NCBI GenBank assembly: GCA_009103225.1
Contig: RHPI01000772.1
Span: forward strand, 685,312-749,311
Source: Chlorokybus atmophyticus
Taxonomy: Eukaryota; Plantae; Mesostigma and Chlorokybus algae
Direction of reading: 5' to 3'
Length of the DNA: 64,000 nucleotides
The notes beneath the pieces are model-generated. The model worked only from the letters and a program-made list of their open reading frames with translations, was not told the DNA's origin and did no database searches. Shown here piece by piece: positions 53,201-64,000 of this stretch. Within the stretch, counting starts at the first letter, position 1; every line of letters starts with the position of its first letter. A program made the position numbers and the translations under genes.

Positions 53201-54784
53201 GGCAGCCACTGGTTGGCGTTCAGATACATGTCTTTTGGTAGTACGAGCGTGCTTATATGTAATAAAGTGTAGACTCTTGTAATATATAAGACTCATGTAA
53301 TATGAAGGCAAGAACAGGATAGATACTGTTGTGATCCATCGACACACCTCTATTCTCATCTTGTACCCCTTTCCTTGCAACACCATCATCATCACAACGT
53401 GCCATTGGGTTTTCTGTACGTGTAAACCCTTCGCATACACAACCATTTAGTATACGCAGCACATGGGGACCTCACTGACCTGCACATGCCAAACCGCTAG
53501 ACTGCAAAGGCACTTGTGCCCAAGCGTACTTATAGCTGCTTGTGCTTGTGATCAAGGAGTTAAGTCTTTCCATTTGCTCACTGTGACTGTTGATCAATAC
53601 TTTTCATGCGCAAATACAGTAGCAAAACAAACAAATAAACACAAGACACATGCGCAGGTAACTACTACACTCGCGATGTATGCATGCAATATAGAAAGCA
53701 GTACGTTGGGTCCCGCAGCAGCAGCACTACCAACACACGAGCAAAAACACAACCAACACATTCACGCCACATTCACACACACGTGCACCAGCACACATGC
53801 AGAGGCAGAGGCAGAGGCATGCGGGCAAACATCCTGAGGGGGGGGGGGGGGGGGGGGGANCATACACATACATGCGCACAGAAACAGAAGTGATGGTTAC
53901 TGCAAGTTCTGTGTGGCTCCGTTAGTGGTTAACGGTTATGGTGACGGTAACGGTAACGGCTGCGGTTGCTGCTTTCATTATCATACAGTTTGGTTTACTA
54001 GCACCATCATGAGTTTTTGCATGTTTTGCGCTGCATCGGAACTAGGCGGGACAATGAAGTGGCGTGACAAAGTGCGTTTTATGTTACATTTGGCATGACT
54101 CGGTTTAGATTGGGATGACTCGGTTCAGATTTTACAAGTCGACTCATAGGGTTGCTATCCGCAGTATGTTATTGATTCATTGCGCGATGCCACTCAACAC
54201 TCTTTTCCCGATCTTGCTCGCTTTGCGGATGAAGGTTGTATTGCAATTCTGCTGGCAAAGGTCACTATTACCAAATTTTGCAATGCGTACCTTACAATGT
54301 TCAAGGCTCATGGAGCCATTAACGAGCAGCAACGACTATTACTCGTCGTTGAGAGGTTCATTGCTGAAAAAAAGCTTATGGATTATCAACAATAAACCGT
54401 TACTGCCGACAATTCACAAGCTCTTGTTCCAATGCCATTGGCGGAGATAAATAAGCATGTACACACGTTTCGGCTCGCTTACACGGAGTTGCACGATCGC
54501 CATGCTGCATGAGAGATGGAAAACTTATAGTTTACCCGTGTAGCTTGGTTCAAATCATGTTTAATGTTGCTTACAAATTGCTGTATTAATGTGTTGCCAT
54601 CGTGTACAGTGCGGTTCCGCGATAATGGTAACACGCTTGTTATCGCATATCGTATAATTGCAACACGTGTTGATCTACTTGTCCAACAAAATGACTAGTT
54701 GACTATGATACACATGCTCGTTAATGACTCATTAACAACTGAGTATTGTGGTTGCAATTTGTGATGAGTTACTTAATTTACCTA

Positions 54785-54975
54785 CCGTATTTACTCGAAC
54801 ACAAGCCCCCACTTTAAACATAAGGCCCCCACCCTTTTTTCTTGGGGTGGCCTATATTCTAGCCTATTCTTGCCTGTACAATGGGGTTTTTTACAAAGGC
54901 CCACCCTTGTTTTAACCAAAGGGCTTGTATACAGGGGGGNNNNGGGGGGGGGGGCTTTTGTTTGAGTACATACGG
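54785..54975. mobile_element. MITE with 26-bp terminal inverted repeats and TA target-site duplication (Tc1/mariner-pogo superfamily-like)
   Basis: Left TIR ccgtatttactcgaacacaagccccc (54785-54810). Right TIR reverse complement ccgtatgtactcaaacaaaagccccc (54950-54975), 23/26 identical. TA at 54783-54784 and 54976-54977. No coding capacity. Confidence 0.85.
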
Positions 54976-55499
54976 TAACAATGAGGATACCAAATCAATT
55001 GTGCAATGCATGAAGCACCCCATGTCATCAGCTGTTTATTCATACCAACCATGACGCAAGTCCTCATCTTTATTTTGCACAAGATACTTTTCAAGTGTAC
55101 ATGAACTCGAAATCATCGTTTAGATTAATGTTTCAGTAATCGTACTAGCATATTGGCTGCTTCATTGTATGTGAGGCATTTGTATTCTTTCTATTGCCCG
55201 GCCTTCATGACAAAAACGAGTTGCATCAATTGGGCTAGAGGTATGCATGAATCATCGTTTGCACGCCGGTTTTACGGTTCATTATATGTTACAGTGTTTG
55301 GAAGACTTCATACTGACTCGTGCCTGGTTAAAACTGTCTTTTACATTTGGCATAGAAAAACTTGGCTGCACATGTGCACGCCACGTTCAACATGTTCAAT
55401 AATCGATTCGCTATGAACCATGCCATATTGGTATTATATCTTTTATATTTATATTATATTAAGCATTTGTGTGTCAGTAAAATACCCAATGGCGGTCCG

Positions 55500-56254
55500 T
55501 TTTGATTGTCATGTTGTCTCTTGAATTCAATCTCTTCCGTAATGCTTTTGCTAATCATATCGTTAACGTCCATGTGAGTTAAGTCGTCGGTGAAAATTTG
55601 GTCGGGCATGCAGGCTACGTTGTCAAGAATACTTATTTGCCTTCATGATAAGCCATTGGCTATGCCTTCATGCTTCTTAAGCATTGTACATTGTCTTCAG
55701 TGTTGAGCTTACTTGTTCGGCTGATGTATTGTTTGGTTTCCAAACAAAAGTTGTTAAGTTAACGAGAAATGGAGGCGCAACAGAATGGTGTTAGATGGCA
55801 TTTATTGTGCTGTGTTAAAAGATTCTTGGGGGGTATGGGGGGCCATCCAACCTCGTACCAATGGATTGGGTGATTGTAGAACGCGCTTTAACACGCGACT
55901 GTTGCACTCCTTTCAATCGCGCGCTCCTTTACTGCGTCGTTTGCCGTTTGCCATTGCATTCGGCGGCCAAAGATGCTTGTAATGTTGTGGATGCCTTTTT
56001 CGCCACTTTTAGCAACTGCGCTAACAGCATCGCCGCCTCGTCATTTATCTCGCATTTCATCGACTGCGGCGTAACGGTTGGGCCACTGTTTGCTTGTAGT
56101 ACGGATTCAATCGATTGGTTTCAAAGGAAATGCAATGGTTCCACATGAGAATAAGAAAATCATTATGTTGCATTGATGATGTAATGCCATCACTCTTGAT
56201 GTGGCAATTGTGATTTTTACCTTTAACCGTCTCTGCAATTTTCCATGCCACCAT
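55500..56254 (-). pseudogene. Degenerate intron-containing ORF remnant divergent from RepHel, function unknown
   Basis: MVAWKIAETVK followed by a GT donor, then a segment ..EINDEAAMLLAQLLKVAKKAS.. with a premature stop, then ..DDLTHMDVNDMISKSITEEIEFKRQ... No domain recognised. Confidence 0.4.
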
Positions 56255-56363
56255 TGATGTTTAGACAGTATGGATGTGTGCGCATCGCAGGCGCCGTCGG
56301 ATGGAAGTTAACCTAAGGTCTCGTATTAGATTGTTGTGCTATTGCGCCATTGCGGTATTGCGC

Positions 56364-56410
56364 CCATATGTCACCATATGGTACACATGGCAGCATATGG
56401 TGACATATGG
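56364..56410. repeat. Perfect 17-bp inverted repeat (hairpin, 13-nt loop) upstream of RepHel
   Basis: ccatatgtcaccatatg (56364-56380) and catatggtgacatatgg (56394-56410) are exact reverse complements. Confidence 0.95.
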
Positions 56411-56484
56411 TTGTATACGATATTATACCGATGCATGTTACGTCAAGTCCAAATGAGTATATTTTTTATGAAGGCCATGATCTA

Positions 56485-56745
56485 GGATGGTGACGGCGAG
56501 ATTGGCGGTGGCGTGAATGTATTGAGGACTATGTGTCGGGAATGTGGCAGTTACATTACTGGGAGTTGAGGTCGAGGTTGCTCTATTATTACGTCAGTTT
56601 GGAGACGCTTTGTGAACACTGGTTGGACGGTGACGGAGAGGTTTGCGGTGGTGCAGATGTAATACGAACTCTTAATATCCGGCAAGTGGCAGCTAATCAT
56701 GTTGCTCTCTGTCACGTCAGGTTGGAGACGCTTTGTGAACACTGG
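56485..56745 (+). repeat. Diverged tandem duplication (about 123-140-bp unit x2) with coding-like character
   Basis: ttggagacgctttgtgaacactgg is identical at 56599-56622 and 56722-56745. Both units translate to DGDGE[IV]xGGxxV[LI]RT and LETLCEHWL. Confidence 0.85.
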
Positions 56746-56749
56746 CTGC

Positions 56750-59700
56750 AGTGTACCTAATGGCTTTTTATGTGGCAAAGTGTACAATGGGATTTTGTTT
56801 CAAAAATGCCGTGCTGCTCTATGTGTGGCTTTGTTCAATTTTATGCTCTCAATGTTTCCCCGATGCGATGTACGTCCTCGTCCGAATCAGCTTACAAAAT
56901 CGCCAATATTTTATGGCTGAACACACGCAACGTCAGCAGAAGTAAATTATCTGTGACCGGTGTCGTCAAGGTTCTTCCCGCTCAGCTGACTTTGCGTTCC
57001 ATAGTGGTGTATACATTTGCCAGGTGTTACAGTCACATCCTATAGACGTGCAGTTGTTGTTATTGTTGAACACGACCACTGTTTTACGCAACTTGTACAA
57101 CCCATGTGGTTTTCCATCTGGTTTGGTTCAACAGTTGATTATAGTGAATAGTCCATTCATTCATTGAGATCAGCTAGGAAGTTCTTCACTTAATTGTGTC
57201 AAGAAGGTATTGGTTGAGCTCGTCGTATCCAACCCGTTGGTTCAAAAATACAGCGCTCTATATGAGCAACCATTTGGTTCGTGGCATTCCCATTGTGAGT
57301 TCCGCTATAATACAAAACATTGTGTCACGTCACCAAGAACGCAACCCACTCAATGTTGTCGACAGTAACGCACATCACTACGTGGTGACTACGTTGTTAT
57401 CAATTCCCGTTCGCAGCAACTCAAATCCATGTTGACGTTTTGATGCGCGCTGGCCATATGCAGTTACGTGATCCGCCCATTCAACTTGAATTGCAAGTAC
57501 AGTTCAACGGCCAGTACAATGTCGCTAATGTCACCATTGAAACAGCATTGTTTCCCATGCTATTTTCAGTTGGCCATGGTTTTTATGATGGCAATGTGTA
57601 TCAAAGATTGTTGGACAATCTCATGGTTCGCTGCTCGCAAAGCTTTTCGCTATTTACGTTGTACAAGCCTTACTTGCTACTGATGTATCATGTTCGACAG
57701 TTTATTACCATGGTCAATAAGTGTCGCAAAGTTGCAAGCGAAGAACATATCCATAAATATCTACAAAAACACCATGATGCGACCATCAATGACGCTATTC
57801 AACGTGTTGTTAACATTGAGTGCCAGGTGATGTGACTGGATCTCCCAATTGGCATCGACAACAGCTTAATGATCTTCCGTGTTTGGTACAATACTAGGGC
57901 ATGCCTACTCTTTTTATTACCCTGACTGCTGATGAAGTCCAGCACTAAGTTTTTACAATTAGCAAACTTACAGCGCGTGTTGCAAAAAATATCAACATCG
58001 TTGTCGTGACAAGATGCTCCAATTGAATGCGCTTATTCATTTTATCATGTATCTAAATTCTTTAAAGAGTACATTGAACAATGCGATATCTTGGGCCGTG
58101 TCATGCATCACGTGATCAGGTACGAAACACAACATTGTGGATCGTTGCATGCACATATTATGCCATGGCTGCACCCTAATGACATTGAAAGCGTGTGCAA
58201 TGAGATACTAGCGTTCATTCCAGGCAATTTTGATGCAAAACAACAACAATCAATTGTGCCATGTGATGGTAAGTTGGAGATTTTGCATGAGTATGTGGTT
58301 CAAAGCAAATGCAGCGATATTGGAATAGGCTGTCGCGCATACAACAAACAATGTGACATGGAATTTCCATATTCAGTTCCATATTCAGTTAAAATGAACA
58401 CAAGCCCCAGTTCAACAACCATATGCACAGGTATGAATATTATCGGCCACGATACTGCGATCGCGATGTAGTTCCATATCATCAAGTGCTATTGCTGTTA
58501 TGGGGTGAACATGTAAATGTGTTGTGTGTGACAGTCATGGGAGCAAGTACCTTTTCAAGTACCAAGTATCAAAAAGATGGAGCCTATTAAAACTCTGAAC
58601 GACGCCATTAATGCCAATGTCTTAGGGCTTTAAGGTTTTACACTCAACGCGCTATGTGTCATTGTATTTGTTTAAACAAATTGCTCCTGCGGAGGCAGCA
58701 TTAATCTATTAGAAATTCCGATTTTTCAGATGTCGGGTACTGTCACATATGATACACGTTCTACAACAACACGAGCGTACATTGCAACATGCTAAATAGA
58801 TTCTGGTGTACCCAGTTGACATATACTATGCTAAGCCAAAAGAATTGAAGCAAATTACTTTGTACAAGCAATTTTGCCGTTTTGTGCAACATGAAAAACA
58901 CAAACCTGCTCCCAGAGGTAATGTACGTGCTTTGCTTGATTGATTTGGTGGCAACTTTACGAACTCAGCACGCCGCGCATTATATGATTTTCAGACTATC
59001 ATCCCACATACCATATTGAGGAATATTACTTTAACCTGCTATTACAAAGTGTTGTTTTCCGCAACGAAGCTGAGTTATTACCCCCCAGCAATACCGCAGG
59101 CAAGTATCTCTTAGAGTGTGTGCAGCGTGGTTTAATTACCGACACCACACGCACATTGCATACTCACATTATGGAATATGCCCAGCAACACCTATATAAT
59201 GATGTCAACATCCAGCAATTGATTACTTCCATGGCCAGGGAGGTTGATGCTGGAGAACATCAAGAATGTTCAGCAACAGCAACAGATGAGTACATTACTG
59301 GTGCGTGTGACATCCAAGAATTTGCCAATATATCCATGTGTACAAGATAAAAAAACAACAAACAATATCCAACAGAATTTGTGCACAAATAATGGGCTTG
59401 CATGTGATATTGGGGTGTCCAGGAGCTGGCAAAACATATCTGATCAAACACATTACACATCAATTGCGCACAGCAGGTTTACTAGTTTTGTTGAGCGCAA
59501 CAACCGGAGCAGCTGCTGCACGACTGAGTCCATATGCGCAAACTGCACATACCAATTCTACTATTCCAGTCGATGGTCAAATTGTATCATATTTTAGTGC
59601 TACGCACGACATATACAAACGACTGGCAGCGTGTCATGTTTTTGTAATTGAATTTTCCATGATAGCAGGGCGATTTTGTAACTTGATGTGCCTACGTATA

Positions 59701-60640
59701 CGGCAAGTTCATATATGAGGTTTTTGGAACCACGTGGCTGTGGTATTGGTGGGAGATCACAAACAACTTCCTGCAGTTTGCTATCATTAAACAGAAGACA
59801 ATACCCAAGTTTGTACCAGGTGCCACATTTTCGAATGTCGCATTTGGTCAATTCGTGTGCAATATGAACTTGCAGTATCAGTGCGCCATGTTTCAGACCT
59901 TGAGTTTGCCAAATTTTTGAGTAATACCCCATCCACTGTCCCCACATCATCAGCTATCTATTCAATTTTAGTCTGATGGTTGGTTTCCGATCAGTTGCTG
60001 AGGCAAATTCTCGACAACACAATAGTGTTGTGTTCCCATGTAGAGGACGTTTTGCAGTTTCATAACATGGTGTTGCATCAGCAGTTCTCACAATCCCAAA
60101 TCCATCAGGTGCAAATTCATACTAATGCTGCTCTAGTGCCAGAACTACAGGACTGGTTGCAAAAACCCAAGTTCAACTTGTTGCCGCGTGTTGCGGTTGG
60201 AGCAAAGGTGTTGATTCTGAAAATTATGAGTTTGAACGATGGGGCTGCCAATGGTGCTGTAGCAACAGTTCAGAAACTTTGCATTTACAACGGCAATCTG
60301 ATCAGTATGTGTGTGAAAGTCGCCTCAACACACGACACACACGCACGACACATAAGCTCATATGGGTACGACGCACAACCCACAAACACACCACTTGTCA
60401 AGGCAAAACCTATCTCACAAATACATTTCCATTGCAGTTAGCCTATGCAATGACTGTTCACAAGGCCTAAGGGACCACATTAGGACACAATACTCCGGTT
60501 CACATGCAGAGTGCATTTAGACCTGAATTGTGGTATGTGGCGCTCTCACTTGTGACCAATCGATCACTGTTAAGCCTGACACGACTGTCAGAGCCTCAGG
60601 AAATGACACCGGTTCCGTGGGATTATCTGCAAGGTGAGTT
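56750..60640 (+). mobile_element. Decayed Helitron RepHel (HUH Rep + PIF1/SF1B helicase) with frameshifts and premature stops; element ends not defined
   Basis: ALFPMLF..GHG, GSPNWH..DL..GMPTLFITLTADE (Rep motif 1, 57901-57936), RYETQHCGSLHAHIMPWL (HUH, 58148-58156), VVPYH..LWGEHVN and KYLFKY (motif 3, 58548-58562). Helicase: GCPGAGKT (59413-59436), SATTGAAA, GDHKQLPAV, VGAKVLIL..DGAANG, FPLQLAYAMTVHKA*G and YVALS. Confidence 0.93.
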
Positions 60641-60643
60641 CAT

Positions 60644-61050
60644 GCAGTCACACGATACTGTGGCGCAGTTCGTTCGAACATGGCAGCACATGGTAGCATA
60701 TATGGACATATGTTGCCATATGCAGATCATCTGCATATGATATATGTTACCATATGTTAACGTATGGTGGAGGATCAATGTACACATGATCGCCAATGTA
60801 CGTCCATGTAGTCACTTTCCATGATAAGTATTTTCAAATTGTTGCATCGCACGCAGTCACGTACTGTGGCGAAGTTTGTTCGAACATGGCAATATATATG
60901 GTAGCATATATAAGCATTTGTTGCCATCTGCAGATATGTATTACCATATGGTAACATATGGTGGAGGATCGTCGTACACATAATCGCGCTCGCCAGTGTA
61001 CTTACATGTAGTTTTTCCATGGTAAGTATCATAAAATCGTTGCATCACAT
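60644..61050. repeat. Diverged tandem repeat, about 209-bp unit x2, with internal palindromes, in a putative intron after the helicase exon
   Basis: Units start gcagtcac at 60644 and 60853 and share tactgtggcg..gttcgaacatggca..atggtagcatat..tatggtggaggatc..ttgcatc. Palindromes: catatgcagat-c-atctgcatatg (60717-60739) and ttaccatatggtaa (60941-60954). Donor CAAG|gtgagt near 60634. Confidence 0.85.
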
Positions 61051-62165
61051 GTGTAATCGTTGGATTGAGTAGCCATTTGACAAGCTGCATGCAATAGGGT
61101 GCATGCTTACTGATTGGTGATTAGTGCAATGTGACCATTGCATATTATTACAGGGCTTCAAAATACAAAGCTGAAACCAGCGACGGCACTAGTGTCTTTG
61201 GTGTCATCCTGCTCTTATTCACTGGCGCTCGTGAGAGCGTCAACCTCGTCTACTTCCACTTAGTCTGTCACATCCAGGTACGTAGCTGAGTGTGCAGATA
61301 TTGGCAGCGGAATGATGTCGACTGTGTGCCTACCCAGCCACCAGCAACCATTCACTTACATTGGTTATGCTGTGCAGCATGGATTCCGATGCTTAGGAAC
61401 TTAACAAGTTGAACTCGCATCTGTTTAATGATGAACTTGGAATTAAACGCCAACGCACCAGCAGCGGCAGCAGAGGAGGTTTTGGACGAGCATTGTCTGC
61501 AAAGCAAATGTGGTCATGCAACAACGCTGGTGTCACTCCCGACAAATTAGAAGGACTGCTCACTAAGACCGAAGAAGATAAGTTGATCCGCGCTGCTAAA
61601 GAACGGGCTTCAAAATTCCGCGTCAAAAATAGGATGCCATTGCCCCAGGTACATAATATATGCAACTCTTGCATACATTAACGCTGTTCTGTTAGGAGCT
61701 TGTATCTTCTACATCCGCAAGATGGGCATCAACGTTAAAGATGAGTCAAAGCGCCAGGTCGCATACAAGTTATGAGACGCCTAGCTTTGCCAAAACAACC
61801 CGGATCTTCCTGACAGTGCAGATCCGCTTCTGGCTAATTAAGTATGAATGCACTTCTTGCTAGTGTTAGATTATTACATTGTGTGTAATATTGCAAAGGT
61901 ATGTGTAACACAGAAATGCATCACACAGGTCTTTGAACTGGTACACATTCGCAAAGTGTGCATCTAGGATGCAGCTCACCTCATGTCTGCGGGTAAAGCT
62001 GAGAAGATCCTCAACCAGATCAACAAAGCTGATTTATGTAGAGATGTTGGCTGCTAATGTTCCCAATCATTAGATAGACGTACAGTTGATTCCATGTGTA
62101 ACACATTCACATAAATATTATTCATGTAGTCGTGTTAATGACAACATAACAACTGCATGCTGCAG

Positions 62166-62545
62166 GTGGCTGAGAATGTGTAGTCCGCTTCATTCAGCAG
62201 CACGCAATGCAACCCCAAACAATCTGCGGGCAGCAGCACGCTGTGCAAAAAACCGTCAGTAGATGAGCTGGATGGTGCGCGTTGCATCTACAAACTCACG
62301 TACCTGAAAAGTGGAAAAGTCTACATTGGTTAAAGCAGCACCCCCTACGTCGTTTTATGGAGCACAAGCGATCTCCTCCCAAGAAATTACATAAATAAAA
62401 CACTTGGTTTATCAAAAGGATTTCAAGAAACAAGCAGTGATGCATGTTTTTGATGTAGCATAGAGCAAACAACTTTCAGATCGGTTGGAAGCAAAGTACA
62501 TTGCACAGTGTGACTAATGTGGCAAAATGGGTTATGGTATTGATC
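62166..62545 (+). pseudogene. Degenerate GIY-YIG endonuclease coding remnant
   Basis: In frame from the acceptor tgcag|62166: ..DGARCIYKLTYLKSGKVYIG*S (62283-62333). After a frameshift LRRFMEHKR, then ..LEAKYIAQ..GY (62485-62535). These match the GIY-YIG, Arg helix and Glu elements. Confidence 0.8.
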
Positions 62546-62829
62546 ATGGCAGTCTGAGTAGATTCAGGGCATTTTGGGCACGACAACGCATTGGTAATAG
62601 CTGGTAGTAGCTTTGGGAAATACAAAAGGAAGCGTTCTTGAGTATCCAATTCACATTAGTCCTTACGCATTAACATGTCATTGCGTTCTGCTCTGCATGT
62701 AAATCTGCGTTACGATTGTTGCATTGGCAGAGAGTGAGTCTCGCACACAGCACCAACACACACCAGCATACTATGCATCTATTGCTGGGTTGGCACATTA
62801 GTTAATCTTCCCACACAATATGTGCGGCA

Positions 62830-64000
62830 TACAAGTGGATGCGTGTTTCTAGTAACAACATAGCCATACAGATATCAACAGATCACGGGAAGTATTCAGT
62901 TGACACCAATTTTGACACATGCAACTCAAGAGCAAAACAGGTACCATGCAATACAGGGCTACTCAGCCCGGGTGGCTGCGAAGGCCAAGCACCATCAGCA
63001 CCGGAATTGTGTTTATTAACATCCTCATCATCATCGTCACTGTTGCTCAATTCAAATACGGGGAGATCGGGAGTCATTGCACCATGTGGTGGGCGATATA
63101 TAAAAATAAGTTAAAAGCAGCGGCAAAAAGAACACTCCATTAGAGGATGAGGTCGTGTGCGCAGCTTCTTCAAGCATTAACGACACAATGTGGCTCCGCA
63201 ACATGGCATTGGCAGCAACGCTTTCACTAGTTTCTGTTCGCAGCGGATTCCATGTGTTATCTTCATTGTCTACACGCGCTTGCCCTTGTAGTCCTGGCGA
63301 ACATGCTGCTGCATTTCTTCGGTTGGTGTTGCTTCACGCAGCAACGGAGCAACTGTGCAGAGGTAGGTGCAAACCTTCTCCCCAAGTATTTGGTAAAGTT
63401 TCAGTTGCTCCTGCTTGTTATCATCTTTGCGGTTGAGGAGCAATACCTGGTACACCAACCAGTAAACACCAAAGGGTTACAATTGATGGCGCACGCAGGC
63501 AATAATTGTAATTGTTGTGCGTTAAGGTCGATCTTTTTCAACATGTCTTTTGCCAAGCTGTCCAACTCTTTTTGGGTGACTTCCATTTGATGCTGGAAGC
63601 TATTAAACTGCATGCCATTGGGTTCAACGCGCTAACGGAATCGCCACTTAACCGTGTGAAGACGCAGAACGCTTGTCAACTCTAAAATCTGCAGCAGCAT
63701 GTCAATTGCTGAAAAGTTGTTGGAGGTTTGAATAGTGCACGAGCAGACACCTTCGTATTTCGTGCGGCAATCGTCTGGTTGGCTTGGTCATTCTGGCCTT
63801 GCAAACGCGCCAGTTTTGCATTGTTGCCCTCATTTTGTTGCTGCAACCCGATGGCCCTGCGTTGCGCTTCTGCCAGCTGCTGGCGTAAGCGCAAGATGCT
63901 TGCTGCGTCTGCATTTGTGACGTTTTATGTCATTTTGGCGTGCTCAGCATGCTCATCGGGTAATGCGCATTTTAGGTCAATAAAGCGTTGTTCTGCAGCA
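62830..64000 (-). pseudogene. Degenerate coiled-coil plus RING-like gene remnant convergent with the GIY-YIG exon; runs off the window
   Basis: LRQQLAEAQRRAIGLQQQNEGNNAKLARLQ and EVTQKELDSLAKDMLKKIDL (coiled coil); PMPCCGATLCR*CLKKL..ECSFCR near 63215-63118 (RING-like Cys spacing with an in-frame TAA); acidic SDDDDED patch. Confidence 0.5.

Noticed and set aside
62166-62545. GIY-YIG as part of a Penelope-like retroelement
   Set aside because: No reverse transcriptase motifs or hammerhead-like core were seen nearby, and there is no Cys pair between GIY and YIG. Not fully excluded without the flanking sequence.
53900-64000. Alternative genetic code (TAA/TAG = Gln) suggested by stops at conserved Gln positions in the helicase and GIY-YIG
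   Set aside because: Host genes end in TAA/TAG (THO2, SFT2, RPI-like). The element also has TGA at an expected Trp and many frameshifts, and other Gln codons are ordinary CAA/CAG. Mutational decay explains the pattern.

Overview
Eukaryotic nuclear DNA from an intron-rich green alga. Retention of RABF1/ARA6, a GW2/DA2-type RING ligase, an LWD/AN11 WD40 protein and a root-cap-domain protein suggests an early-diverging streptophyte or a non-volvocine chlorophyte (inference). Positions 1-53,200 are gene-dense: 13 apparently intact multi-exon genes (one running off the left edge) with short GT-AG and a few GC-AG introns, mostly in head-to-head pairs, plus one frameshifted pseudogene of a secreted EGF/PAN protein. 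Unusual host genes are an intron-containing bacterial-type PolX-PHP DNA polymerase (polymerase triad intact, PHP metal site degenerate, possible dual targeting) and a Nudix-like::IF-2B/sugar-phosphate-isomerase fusion. From about 53,900 to the end the sequence is visibly more AT-rich and is a decayed mobile-element block. It holds a Helitron RepHel (HUH Rep motifs 1-3 plus PIF1 helicase) followed by apparently spliced exons ending in a GIY-YIG nuclease remnant, flanking accessory ORF remnants, CATATG-rich hairpins and tandem repeats, and a TA-flanked MITE with 26-bp TIRs. Exon boundaries were read by eye, some gene termini are approximate, and no database searches were run.
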